This document shows positions 1 through 9,558 of a DNA stretch of 51,951 nt, one piece after another; within the stretch, counting starts at the first letter, position 1, and every line of letters begins with the position of its first letter. Source of the DNA: a bacterium (GTDB lineage: Bacteria; SZUA-182; DTGQ01); contig JBFMGO010000033.1 in assembly GCA_040752695.1 (NCBI GenBank), positions 1 to 51,951 of the forward strand, in the 5' to 3' direction. The notes below the pieces were generated by a model. That model saw only the letters and a list, made by a program, of their open reading frames with translations. It had not been told where the DNA came from and did not search any database. A program made the translations under genes and the position numbers.

Positions 1-2
1 CG

Positions 3-1616
3 CTCGACCGGGATGATCCGGATGTGAAAAGGCTGATAGAGGCTATGGCTTTCTTCGCCGCGCGTACGCACATGGCGGGATTACGTAATATCACTGCCTC
101 ACATCGCCGGATCTTTCAACAGTTTTTCCCATACCTTTTGACGACCAAACCCGCTATGGCTGTCCTTCAGGCCGTTCCCAGCGGCCAGTTTGTCGAACCC
201 GCTTTTCTGCCCAGAGGGTCTGAAATAGCCATTTCATCACCAACAGAGGGCACAGCCTTTTTTCGGACGATCGGCGACCTCTCCATTCTCCCCATCTCGT
301 TAACAAAGACACATATGCTGTCGCTGCCGGATAAGAGGTTCCGGTTAGTGCTGGGTCTTGAGGCATCTTACCCTCGCAACGAAGAGATTGGCTGGTTGGG
401 TGTTCATATTAATCATCTGAACGACTACCAGGCTTCTTTGCGGGTGTACCACATGCTCAAAAAATATATACGGAGGGCTTCTGTAGTCTTTCAGGAGGAG
501 GTCACAGAAACAACCTGGGGTACTCCATGCGAGTTGTCCTTCGGCCTGATGCACAGCATGCACCAGGACAAGATGTCCCATGGCGGGGATGAGGAGTGCG
601 GTCACCCCTTGCAGAAAGAGCAGTTGTTTTTCCATTTCCCTCAGCAGGATCTCTACCTGAATATTCACGTCCCCCCGCCGCCGCGCAACTGGAGCCGGGT
701 TACCATCCTTATCGATTTGGATCCAAAATGGCCCCGGAACCTGAGGCTGACCCATGATGTATTTCACCTTTTCACCATCCCTATAATAAATCTCAAACGG
801 GCTATGGCCCAGCCGGTTATCCATGACGGAACCAGGGAGCGATGCTCGGTCCGCTATTCAGGACCAGGGAAGGGCTTTGAGCTGCATTCCATTCTGGGAG
901 TCTACAGGGTCGAGAAAAAGAGCCTGGTTCCGATAAAGGCCGGCATCATAGCCGGTGGAAGCGGCTCCTACGAGATCGAGCAGGATAGTGAGAGCAAGGA
1001 GGGGGAGAACAAGGGCAAAAGCCGGCACTGCCTGGCCCTGCACCTTCCGCAAAGCTTTCATGATCCTCAGACCATTGCGGTTGATGCGCTCTGGTTTCAG
1101 CCCTGGTTTTCTAAAACTCTCTCGCAAAAGCTGAAGGTGGCCCCCTACAGCCGAAACATCATCGGCCTGGGATGGGAGATTGCGGGCAGCGTTGTCCCCC
1201 ATGCAGAGAGCAGGTTCGGGGATGAAATGGATGATTTTCTTCATCTTATTACTTTGAAAAATAAATCTGTTTTGAATATCGATGACCTGGTGGCAATACT
1301 CCGTATACTGGGAAACTTCCACCAGGGCAGTTTCCAGCAGATAGTCGAACTTTTGGCCGATGTCAGGGTGGAGGAAGCTCCCTTTCAAAAACGCGGCACG
1401 GCCAGTGCCGTTAAGCTGGTATATTACCTTCGACTGAAAGGTTTTGATCCCGCAAATTTGCCGCTGGTAGAAACCTTTATTGCCCATATGGGCCGGATTC
1501 TCGATATCTGGATTTCAGAGGCTGCGGTTGAGGTCCGCCTGGAGGTTCCCGGAGATATTCGCGGGAATATTCGCGGGGATAATAGAGAGCAGTCAATAAG
1601 CAGTAGGTATCAATGA
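3..1616 (+). CDS. tssF: Type VI secretion baseplate subunit TssF (VasA/ImpG, IglH-like), 5'-truncated by the window edge
   Basis: The frame is open from base 3 (LDRDDPDVKRLIEAMAFFAART, matching the TssF N-terminal DPDVxRLxExxAFxxAR motif; the GTG at 24 is internal). It also has FPYLL..P, HPL....FFHFPQ and P+INL motifs and sits beside dotU and tssG. Confidence 0.8.
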   Translation, partial: LDRDDPDVKRLIEAMAFFAARTHMAGLRNITASHRRIFQQFFPYLLTTKPAMAVLQAVPSGQFVEPAFLPRGSEIAISSPTEGTAFFRTIGDLSILPISLTKTHMLSLPDKRFRLVLGLEASYPRNEEIGWLGVHINHLNDYQASLRVYHMLKKYIRRASVVFQEEVTETTWGTPCELSFGLMHSMHQDKMSHGGDEECGHPLQKEQLFFHFPQQDLYLNIHVPPPPRNWSRVTILIDLDPKWPRNLRLTHDVFHLFTIPIINLKRAMAQPVIHDGTRERCSVRYSGPGKGFELHSILGVYRVEKKSLVPIKAGIIAGGSGSYEIEQDSESKEGENKGKSRHCLALHLPQSFHDPQTIAVDALWFQPWFSKTLSQKLKVAPYSRNIIGLGWEIAGSVVPHAESRFGDEMDDFLHLITLKNKSVLNIDDLVAILRILGNFHQGSFQQIVELLADVRVEEAPFQKRGTASAVKLVYYLRLKGFDPANLPLVETFIAHMGRILDIWISEAAVEVRLEVPGDIRGNIRGDNREQSISSRYQ

Positions 1617-1649
1617 GCAGGTGAAAGAAGAATTGGAGAAAGGTGATCA

Positions 1650-2408
1650 ATGAAGAATGAGCAATGGTTACTAATCTGTAGTGTCTTCGAGAAAATGGAG
1701 CGGTTTTTCGAAGACAGGGAGATTTCATCCGACACTTCGGATTCAGCCTTGACAACCTTTTCAGCCTTGACATCCGTGTCAACGACAGAGAGGCTGCAAA
1801 CGATGGAGCCCCCCCCTGTCAGGCGAAAGAAGGTCGTTCTCGGAGAGGAAAACAGCGAAGATATCATCAGACTCAGGGCCCATATACGGACACAACTGGA
1901 CTATCTTCGAGCTAAGCTGAGTGAAACTCTGGCAGAGCGGGATTGTTACCTGATACTTTTTGCCATGGTCGCGCACTTCGACGAGTATGTGCAGTCCAAT
2001 TATCTGAACGATACCAGCCAACTCTGGCCACCGCTCCAAAAGGAACTCTACCGGATCGATGATGCGGGAGAATTATTTTATGATACTCTGGACGAAATTC
2101 TACAACGGCCTCAGACACTTCCCCTGGTTTATGAGGTCTTTTATTTCTGCCTCAATCACGGATTTCAAGGAAGATATAACGATAATCCGGTAAGAATCAC
2201 AGAATACATGAGAAGGCTCCGGGCAAAAATTCCTCTCCATGAGATGGAAAACAATCAGGCTGCACCCGAAGAAACAGGCCAGATCAAATATGTAGGCTCA
2301 ATGGCCTGGTACTATGGGGCCGCTGCCGCCGGTATCGCAGCATGTTACTTCCTGCTCCAGTTCGCTGCCAGTCATTGGGGGTTAGAGCCTATTTTTCGAG
2401 GCTGGTAA
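1650..2408 (+). CDS. tssL: T6SS membrane complex protein TssL/DotU
   Basis: DotU motifs FDE, W.PLQ.EL....AGELFY..LD and VYEVFYFCL.HGFQGRY; single C-terminal TM helix. Confidence 0.88.
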   Translation: MKNEQWLLICSVFEKMERFFEDREISSDTSDSALTTFSALTSVSTTERLQTMEPPPVRRKKVVLGEENSEDIIRLRAHIRTQLDYLRAKLSETLAERDCYLILFAMVAHFDEYVQSNYLNDTSQLWPPLQKELYRIDDAGELFYDTLDEILQRPQTLPLVYEVFYFCLNHGFQGRYNDNPVRITEYMRRLRAKIPLHEMENNQAAPEETGQIKYVGSMAWYYGAAAAGIAACYFLLQFAASHWGLEPIFRGW

Positions 2409-2473
2409 GTATGTCAGGAGGCTGGTAAGTATGCCAAGAAGGCAGGTAGTATGACAGGAGGCTGGTAAGTATG
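2398..2473 (+). repeat. Four tandem 20-nt units (GGAGGCTGGTAAGTATG core) spanning the tssL stop and the next start codon
   Basis: ATGs at 2411, 2431, 2451 and 2471 with an exact 20-nt period; the third unit is degenerate. Confidence 0.85.
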
Positions 2474-2851
2474 GAAGGTCGCATCGATAAGCTCTTTTCA
2501 CCGCAGAGATTGCGCCAGAACTGGAAGAAGCCGGTTGATTCCGGAAGAGGGGAAAAAGGGAAAACAGGAGAAACAAAAGAATCGCTGTCGTCTGGCAGGC
2601 CGCAAGGCGCTGCGGCATTTGCCGGAGCTATCAGGCTTGAGTTTGAGCTTCTTAGAAGCCTCATCCATCGGCAATTCACCGGCGACAAGAGCAGGCTCCT
2701 TGACATGATGCTGGAGGAACTGCATAAGCTACTGAATGCGGCAGACGAAGCACCGAATGCGGAAGCCGGAGGTGACATGACAGTCCTTTGCCAGTCCATA
2801 GAGGAGGTATTAAACCATATTGAAGATCTGGTGGAGGCGTGGGATGTATGA
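2471..2851 (+). CDS. Hypothetical helical protein in the T6SS operon
   Basis: 126-aa ORF with a GGAGG SD; its stop overlaps the tssG start (ATGA). Confidence 0.65.
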   Translation: MEGRIDKLFSPQRLRQNWKKPVDSGRGEKGKTGETKESLSSGRPQGAAAFAGAIRLEFELLRSLIHRQFTGDKSRLLDMMLEELHKLLNAADEAPNAEAGGDMTVLCQSIEEVLNHIEDLVEAWDV

Positions 2852-3780
2852 TGTCCAGAACACGCACTTGTCAAGAACCAAAAAGAAAAACTATGGAACC
2901 ACAACAAGCCAGGGAAGCACAGGAAGCTAAAATAGCAGGAAGAATTCATGAATTTGATCCTGTTTCTCTCCTGCATCTGTTGGAGTTTCTGGGATACAGA
3001 GCGGAAGAAATCGTGTTCAGGAGCCATGTGAGCCTGAGCTCCCAGCCAAGCCTGATCCAGGGGATCGAATTTCAAACCGAACCTATTCGCCAGGTGATCA
3101 TCTCGATGAATCTTGGGCTTTCAAGCGCTCAGAGTCCTTTGCCAAGCTACTTTTCAAAATATATGGACAGTGGAATGATCGATGCTTCTGCCTTTATCGA
3201 CTTTATCGAATACTTCGACCATTGCCTGATCCTGGATTACCTGAGCAACCTGTATCCGGAGATAAATACCAGGCTTTTTTCCAATTGGGAACTGACCAAA
3301 CGCCGGTACCTGCTGATGCTTGACTTCAAATCCTGCGCCACCCTGCACTGGCTCTTTCAGCTTGTATTCCCTGAGTTAGGTGTAAAGGTCGAGAAGGTTA
3401 TGCTGCAGCGCGTGCTGCAAATATCCTCTGTCCGTCTCGGAGTGACAGTTCTTGGCAGTGATGCCGTGTTGGGGAGGGAAAAGGGAGTGGCTGTCCATGG
3501 CCGGCAGATTACCCTTGTAAGTGAGGGAGAATTCACCGATTCGGGAGAACCCTGGCCCAGGGAGATTGAGAAACGGCTGGATGATACTTTGTTTCCCCTT
3601 TTGCGCATGATGAGCATAGACCTGGAAATCGTGCTTGTCATTCGGGCCCAGAAGCGATGGGCCAGGCTTCATGCGGAAAGTTACCTTGGATATGACAAGA
3701 TCCAGGGCGGCCAGGCAAATTACCGGCAGATACGCATTTTCCGGGGTGCATTGCGGGAAGCCCAGATTTCAAATCCATAA
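2848..3780 (+). CDS. tssG: T6SS baseplate subunit TssG (VasB/ImpH-like)
   Basis: FD...LL.LLE, F.S..SL and NLGL.SAQSPLPSYF....D...F.DF...FDH motifs; ATG at 2848 with GGAGG at 2833. Confidence 0.78.
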   Translation: MMSRTRTCQEPKRKTMEPQQAREAQEAKIAGRIHEFDPVSLLHLLEFLGYRAEEIVFRSHVSLSSQPSLIQGIEFQTEPIRQVIISMNLGLSSAQSPLPSYFSKYMDSGMIDASAFIDFIEYFDHCLILDYLSNLYPEINTRLFSNWELTKRRYLLMLDFKSCATLHWLFQLVFPELGVKVEKVMLQRVLQISSVRLGVTVLGSDAVLGREKGVAVHGRQITLVSEGEFTDSGEPWPREIEKRLDDTLFPLLRMMSIDLEIVLVIRAQKRWARLHAESYLGYDKIQGGQANYRQIRIFRGALREAQISNP

Positions 3781-3963
3781 TTTGCATCCATGGTTTTGTA
3801 TCTATGATGCATATCTATAGATTTATATCTATGATATGGATATGGATTCGTACTCATGAAATAAAATGATATGAATATAAATAATAAATATAATCTATGA
3901 ATTAAAATATGAAATAAATTATGAATTAATAGTTATAAGCAGGCATAAATAAAGGAGCGATCA

Positions 3964-5085
3964 ATGAACCTTGAAATCATAAACAAGACCCTGGAAGGAG
4001 CCGAAAATCCAGGGTTTGATACGCTTGATCCCCGCTTCAGCGATATCACTACCCTGATCCAAAACGGCGACTACCAGGCCGCTGCTGCTCAGGCCGAGGA
4101 AGCCTTAAGTGAAAACATCTATGATATCCGCATCATCGGTTATTTTCTGTATGGTGTTTTCATCGAGCAGGGTGTTGGAGCAATCGGTGCTATTTTTCAG
4201 TGTCTCTCGCGGCTGCTGCGGGAAAACTGGCAGGCAGTCGGACCGGTAAATAAGCGGGAAAAGCACGCACAGACCAGCCTCAACTGGCTGATGAAGATGC
4301 TCCTTAAAAAAATGCAGTATGAAGAGAAGAAACAGGGAAGCGACTGGAATTTGTGGGTGGATCAGGTATTCGCTGATCAGGTTCAGGAAGCTCTTGACGC
4401 TGGCAGTGAGTTGTGGCGCTCTTTGGGTGCGGTCCTTGAGGACGCAGCCGGGCCTGTAGTTGACGGGTTGATAAAAGTAAACGACTGGCTCACAGCCTTC
4501 CAAAAGGTGGTCTATAGCGAGCCTAAGGCAGAGCCAGAGGCTGCGCAGGGAGAGGATGGAGGAGAAGGGAATGGAGGAGGGGCTGAAGATTCCGGCGGCG
4601 GTGCAAATACAGGCAAGTGGAGAACAAGCGAAGCAATAGCACCTGGCGCTGCCATGCCGGCTTTGACTTTTGGCGAGGGAGCCGGAGCAGAGGGTTCATA
4701 TCATCTGCAGATCCTGCTAAAGAAACTTGAGGCTTTTGAGCGGCTTATTCAGGGAGGGAAAGTGCCCCTGGCTGCACTTGTGGCTGACGATATCAATAAC
4801 ACTATCACTCATTTTGATCCTAAGGTATATTTTCCCAGGCTTTTTTCCAAATTTTCGTTACTGTTTGCACTCCACATCGCAGAACTGGCCTCATGTGAGG
4901 GATATAAGGGAACAGTTGCCTGGCAGGCACTGGAAGAGGTTTATAAAGTCGATATGGATGCTTTTGTGGAATTGAACCTTGATGGGGTGAATCTGGGGTC
5001 TTTCAACGGAGCCGGGGGGGCGGATACGAGCAGTGGTGGGACGACGAATTACAGTGACTCCGGGGAGTGGGAAGCTGAAGAATGA
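3964..5085 (+). CDS. T6SS ImpA-N-terminal/TssA-like protein (resembles the IglI family as recalled)
   Basis: DPRF..I, DIRI.GY.LY and L...W..+.P ImpA_N-like segment, a Gly-rich linker and an AAGGAG SD; T6SS context. Confidence 0.6.
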   Translation: MNLEIINKTLEGAENPGFDTLDPRFSDITTLIQNGDYQAAAAQAEEALSENIYDIRIIGYFLYGVFIEQGVGAIGAIFQCLSRLLRENWQAVGPVNKREKHAQTSLNWLMKMLLKKMQYEEKKQGSDWNLWVDQVFADQVQEALDAGSELWRSLGAVLEDAAGPVVDGLIKVNDWLTAFQKVVYSEPKAEPEAAQGEDGGEGNGGGAEDSGGGANTGKWRTSEAIAPGAAMPALTFGEGAGAEGSYHLQILLKKLEAFERLIQGGKVPLAALVADDINNTITHFDPKVYFPRLFSKFSLLFALHIAELASCEGYKGTVAWQALEEVYKVDMDAFVELNLDGVNLGSFNGAGGADTSSGGTTNYSDSGEWEAEE

Positions 5086-5292
5086 GTAAAGGCATAAGTG
5101 GAATGCGTCTTACTATTCACTTTCACGACATCGAGAGAAGGTGCCAGGAACAAAAGCTTTAAAATTCGATAACCTAACTTAAGATAAGGCAAGAAAACGA
5201 AGAATCTCGAAAGTGATCTGGTAAAATCTTTTCATAGAATGTGCACTTATTATACAGAATGTGTAATATTATGCGGATATAAGGGTTGAAAG

Positions 5293-6489
5293 ATGCAGGA
5301 TAATGACTTGAATCAAATTATCGTCGATGGATTTATCGATAACTACATTGAAAAAATAAAAAGTAAAACTTATAAAAAGCTGGAGACTTTAGTGATGCCC
5401 CGCAGGCAGAATGCACTATCCATGGTACAAAGAATCGGTTCGATGCCGATAAACCGTGGCCCTGTATGGCATGAACCAATCGAAAAGGTAACAATTAAGT
5501 TATGTATAGAAAATATATTGGAAATAATAGCGGGTATTTATGCAGGGGAAAGATTGCAGTTTCTCGAGATGCTGGGTAGTAATGAAATAATAAGTTATGG
5601 ATTACAGGAGTCAACGGTTAAATTCGATGGATGGTACTGGGTAACATCGCAAGTTATTATAAATATAAGAAATCCAAAATATGACCAGTCAAGAGATATT
5701 GCCAGCCAAAAGAAGAAAGATAATCATGAAACAAAACTTGACAACCGGCAGTCAGATGAGACAAAGCTCGACATGCGGCATTCAGACGGGACACGGCTTG
5801 GTAAAAATTGGCTGGAAGGAGCTCGAGCAGTAGCGGCTGGAATTAACGTTAATCCATCAGGCTTAAAAGAAATGAACACGTATAAAAAACTGCTCTATAT
5901 CTGGTTGTTTGCCGAGGCCTATCGGGACCCAGCGCACCTGCCATTTGCTGTTATGGCAATCAACGTAATGTGTGAAACCAAAAAGACTGATCTGTATGAT
6001 AAGTGGACACAGATAGCAGAAGGATCTGATGTACCCATGCAGTTATTGTGTTATAGAGCAATGTGTCCACTGAAGCAGGCCAGAGGGAGTTGGATTGCGC
6101 AAGCAAAAAAACAGCAAAAACTTCAGGATATAGAAGGATGGCGGAAAGAAGTATTGGCATGTTACGGAGCATCGAAGTTTTCCACTAAAGGAGCGTCTGA
6201 CTTAATGAAGGAGTTAAAAGGGGAAGTATCAAAAAGAAATTTAGGAGGTAAATTAGCCCAAATTTTGGTGCAAGAGTATAAAGATTGTCTCATATTTAAC
6301 AATCCACAAGGTAATGATGAAGACAAATTTAACAATGCAGCTAAAAATCTGATAGCTACAGATCTGAAAGATATCGAGAAAAAATGGGATGAAAAGATAA
6401 AAGATATTATGTGCCAGATCTTGAAAACGGATGTGTCAGTTGAAACGAAATGCTCAAGAGAGCCGGGATCAATATTTAAAAAGCTTTAG
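5293..6489 (+). CDS. Hypothetical AT-rich protein; candidate T6SS effector
   Basis: 398-aa ORF, visibly more AT-rich than its neighbours, lying between the ImpA-like and PAAR-like genes. Confidence 0.65.
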   Translation: MQDNDLNQIIVDGFIDNYIEKIKSKTYKKLETLVMPRRQNALSMVQRIGSMPINRGPVWHEPIEKVTIKLCIENILEIIAGIYAGERLQFLEMLGSNEIISYGLQESTVKFDGWYWVTSQVIINIRNPKYDQSRDIASQKKKDNHETKLDNRQSDETKLDMRHSDGTRLGKNWLEGARAVAAGINVNPSGLKEMNTYKKLLYIWLFAEAYRDPAHLPFAVMAINVMCETKKTDLYDKWTQIAEGSDVPMQLLCYRAMCPLKQARGSWIAQAKKQQKLQDIEGWRKEVLACYGASKFSTKGASDLMKELKGEVSKRNLGGKLAQILVQEYKDCLIFNNPQGNDEDKFNNAAKNLIATDLKDIEKKWDEKIKDIMCQILKTDVSVETKCSREPGSIFKKL

Positions 6490-6696
6490 TGAATCGGGAA
6501 CCGCGGGCATGTCTTTATCGGGAACCGCGGGCGTATCTTGACATGTTGCATACAATGACAGTTAAACGATGTGAGAGGGGTGGCCGCTGCAAGAACTGAA
6601 CATGAGGCTTGAGTGAGGGCGAGGGTTTGAATAAGGACTGGGCCTGAACAGGGCGGTACATATCCAAGCGAAAAAAATCAAAAGAGGTGAAAATGC

Positions 6697-7083
6697 ATGG
6701 GCTTACTGGTATGCGGCAGCGCGATGTTGATGTGCCCTTTCGGCATGGCACCAGGTACATTAGTAGTTCTTCCTAAAAACAAAGTCATGGAGATGATGCC
6801 TGTGGCAAATATTATGGACAATATTCCCATGGTTAATATTTTGCCTTTCGGTATGTGCACGTCACTCGCTAATCCGACGGTCGCGGCTGCTACAGCAGCG
6901 GCTATGGGCGTATTGACTCCTATGCCTTGCATTCCAGTTACACCAGCACCCTGGATTCCAGGGGCACCAACTGTGCTGGTAGCCAATTTCCCGGCACTCA
7001 ACAACTCATCGAAATTAATATGCATATGGGGAGGCGTGATCCAGGTTGTTAATCCGGCGCAAATGAAGGTGCTGGTACCATAG
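6697..7083 (+). CDS. DUF4280 PAAR-like spike tip protein (IglG-like)
   Basis: V..A.L.C.FG.AP, NI.PFGMC.SLANP.VAAATAAAMGVLTPMPCIP...PW.PG and L.C.WGG.I motifs, including the four conserved Cys. Confidence 0.9.
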   Translation: MGLLVCGSAMLMCPFGMAPGTLVVLPKNKVMEMMPVANIMDNIPMVNILPFGMCTSLANPTVAAATAAAMGVLTPMPCIPVTPAPWIPGAPTVLVANFPALNNSSKLICIWGGVIQVVNPAQMKVLVP

Positions 7084-7089
7084 AACGGA

Positions 7090-7158
7090 ACATATCCTAC
7101 TACCATATCCCACCATATTCCGCCATATCCCACCATGTCCCGCCATATCCCGCCATTC
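7090..7158 (+). repeat. Degenerate 10-nt tandem repeat (CCATATCCCR), about 6-7 units
   Basis: Read directly; it produces the spurious repetitive ORF 6678..7160(-). Confidence 0.8.
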
Positions 7159-7161
7159 ACG

Positions 7162-7213
7162 TCAAGGCGAGCGGTTTCGTCGACGCGCTTCGCCCTTGAT
7201 TTCCGCTTTTTTT
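7162..7213 (+). terminator. Putative intrinsic terminator ending the T6SS operon
   Basis: Imperfect GC stem TCAAGGCGAGCG...CGCTTCGCCCTTGA followed by T-rich tracts. Confidence 0.45.
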
Positions 7214-7258
7214 AAATTCTCCTTCTCCCTCTTTCCCTGTGGCATGCTCCTCAATTTA

Positions 7259-7287
7259 TTGACTTTCCCCGAAAAAGATGCTATAAA
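7259..7287 (+). promoter_or_regulatory. Putative sigma70 promoter for the yjbQ operon
   Basis: TTGACT-N17-TATAAA with an extended -10 TG. Confidence 0.45.
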
Positions 7288-7403
7288 TAATTACTTTTTA
7301 GCATGTTATGATAATAAAATTGGGGGTCTTAACTCGCTTATTTATTGTGCTGTTGTCGCCACGCAGGTAGGGACAAACATTTTTCAACAGAAGGGGAATC
7401 AAC

Positions 7404-7823
7404 ATGCCTGTCATTACCCGAAATTTTACTCTCGAGACAAAGGGGAATACCCAAATTTTAGAGATCACCCACCAGGTTAAACGGCAAATCCTTGACTCTG
7501 GATTGTCTTCCGGGATAGCGGTCATTTTTGTGGCAGGATCAACTGCGGGCATTACTACCATTGAATACGAATCAGGAGCTATCAATGATCTGGGTGCTGC
7601 CATAGAGCGGCTCATTCCTGTATCCATTCATTATGAGCATGACGCCCGATGGGGAGATGGAAACGGATATGCCCATGTTCGGGCAGCACTCATGGGAGCA
7701 TCGCTTACCGTACCCTTTCAAAGCAAACGGGTTCTGCTCGGCACCTGGCAGCAGATCGTTCTTCTCGATTTCGATAATCGCCCGCGTTCCCGCGAGGTTA
7801 TTGTTCAAATAATTGGTGAATAG
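7404..7823 (+). CDS. yjbQ: YjbQ/UPF0047 family protein
   Basis: GSTAG+T..E, Y.H....GDGNG.AH++A.L.G.S, LGTWQQI.L.DFD.RPR.R motifs. Confidence 0.9.
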   Translation: MPVITRNFTLETKGNTQILEITHQVKRQILDSGLSSGIAVIFVAGSTAGITTIEYESGAINDLGAAIERLIPVSIHYEHDARWGDGNGYAHVRAALMGASLTVPFQSKRVLLGTWQQIVLLDFDNRPRSREVIVQIIGE

Positions 7824-7825
7824 GG

Positions 7826-8923
7826 TTGGCGGAAAAAGGGAACGTTAAAAAGTATAATCGAAGGAAAGTTATTGTTGAGATTGCAGAATCCGTTTGGCTG
7901 ATCATGTTCCTGGGCCATATCATGTATCGGGGCTGGTCTTTAGAAATGAGAGAATTCCTGTCGGGTTTTGCCTCCTCGCCATGGATAGTAAACGGTCTGT
8001 ATCTTGTGGCCTTTTTCTTTCTGATCAAGGCCATCCTGCTGCCTTTGGATTACTATTCCGGTTATCATGTCGAGCACACCTTCGGATTATCTACGGAGAA
8101 TTTCGCCTCCTGGATTCTCGATGAGCTCAAGGAGCTTGCACTATCGATTGTCTTCGGTCTTCTCGTCGGAGAGATCGTCTATGGGCTCATCCGTGCCTTT
8201 CCTACTCTTTGGTGGCTGATCGCATCCTTTGTTCTCAGCGCTCTGTGCATCGTTCTGACCAATCTTGCCCCGGTTCTTCTCATGCCCATCTTTTTCCGGT
8301 TCCAGCGCCTGAGAGACAAGGATCTTGAAGCCAGAATCCTCAAACTGACTGACCGGGCTCGCACGAAAATCAATGGGGTGTTCGAAATGAACCTCAGTAA
8401 GAAAACCAGGGCAGCGAATGCAGCTCTGGCGGGAATTGGCCGCACCCGTCGAATTATTTTATCCGATACGCTTTTGAAAGAATATAACCACGAAGAAATC
8501 GAGAGCATCATGGCTCATGAGCTTGGGCATCAGGTGTACAATCACATATGGAAGGGGATTCTGGTTCAGGGTATGCTGATTACGGTGCTTTTCTTCCTGC
8601 TGGCACATGGCCTGAACAAGGGTGTCTTATGGTTTCATCTGCAAGGGATTCACGATATCGCTGGCCTGCCTTATTTAGTCCTTATTACGATTCTGTTTTC
8701 GTTTATCTTTTTACCTCTCGTCAACCTGTATATGCGCACCATGGAATACCAGGCAGATCAATACGGGGTATCGATTACGGGCAACCGGGAGAGTTTTATA
8801 TCAGCCCTGGAAAAGTTATCACAGCAAAATCTTTGTGACAGGAAACCGAATGCGGTTGTTGAATTTTTATTTTACAATCATCCTTCTATAGCCAAACGGA
8901 TAGGACGGCTGACCGATGGGTAA
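7826..8923 (+). CDS. M48 family (Ste24/HtpX-like) membrane zinc metallopeptidase
   Basis: AHELGH HExxH motif, ANAAL.G.G.T+RI.L.DTL, E..AD, HPSI..RI; multiple TM helices. Start (TTG) uncertain. Confidence 0.9.
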   Translation: MAEKGNVKKYNRRKVIVEIAESVWLIMFLGHIMYRGWSLEMREFLSGFASSPWIVNGLYLVAFFFLIKAILLPLDYYSGYHVEHTFGLSTENFASWILDELKELALSIVFGLLVGEIVYGLIRAFPTLWWLIASFVLSALCIVLTNLAPVLLMPIFFRFQRLRDKDLEARILKLTDRARTKINGVFEMNLSKKTRAANAALAGIGRTRRIILSDTLLKEYNHEEIESIMAHELGHQVYNHIWKGILVQGMLITVLFFLLAHGLNKGVLWFHLQGIHDIAGLPYLVLITILFSFIFLPLVNLYMRTMEYQADQYGVSITGNRESFISALEKLSQQNLCDRKPNAVVEFLFYNHPSIAKRIGRLTDG

Positions 8924-9470
8924 AATCATTGCACCGATAAAGGTGAAGCCTTTTGCCGGCCTTCTCTTGTCCGATGCCGCCCTTTTGGAGGAAGGAAAAA
9001 AAGCCCTGGAGTCTTTCTTTGGGCCGATCGATATGCAAAGCCAGATTATTCCTTTCTCGCATACGAGCTACTATAATCCTGAGATGGGGGAGCATATTCA
9101 TCGCCTCTGGGTCAGCTTTCGTGAACTTTCCGATCCCGGAAACCTGCCTGCCTGGAAGATTGAGTCAAACCGCCTTGAAGAGACCTGGGCAGAGAAAGCG
9201 GAAGGCAGATTACTCCGGCACATGAACATCGATCCCGGGTATGTGAGTGATTCAAAGCTCGTTTTGGCTTCCACCAAGGACTTCAGCCACAGAATCTATA
9301 TGAGCTCTGGAATCTATGCGGAAGTGACCCTGAATTACCGAAGGGATAAGGGGTGGCAGTTTTTTGATTGGACATACCCGGATTACAGGGAGAGGGTTGC
9401 CCTTGACTTCTTTACCCTGGCCAGAAACCACCTGCTGGCAGCGAGAAAATGGCAGGCAGAAGAGAAATGA
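8916..9470 (+). CDS. DUF4416 family protein
   Basis: FG.ID..S...PF..T.YY..EMG and NIDPGY....LVLASTK.F.HRIY...GIYAEVTL...W..F.WTYPDY motifs. Confidence 0.8.
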   Translation: MGKIIAPIKVKPFAGLLLSDAALLEEGKKALESFFGPIDMQSQIIPFSHTSYYNPEMGEHIHRLWVSFRELSDPGNLPAWKIESNRLEETWAEKAEGRLLRHMNIDPGYVSDSKLVLASTKDFSHRIYMSSGIYAEVTLNYRRDKGWQFFDWTYPDYRERVALDFFTLARNHLLAARKWQAEEK

Positions 9471-9494
9471 AGGCATACAAGCAGCCTGCATCCC

Positions 9495-9522
9495 TTGACA
9501 TTTTTATAATGAGGAATACAAT
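9495..9522 (+). promoter_or_regulatory. Putative sigma70 promoter of nadK-recN
   Basis: TTGACA-N16-TACAAT, ending 36 nt before the nadK ATG. Confidence 0.45.
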
Positions 9523-9558
9523 AGAGGCAGTTACCTTTTCCTTACAGGTACTTATAAA

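Noticed and set aside
2398..2473. Possible mini-CRISPR array
   Set aside because: Units are head-to-tail with no unique spacers, and there are no cas genes in the window.
6678..7160. 160-aa minus-strand ORF
   Set aside because: Antisense to DUF4280 and it starts in a 10-nt tandem repeat.
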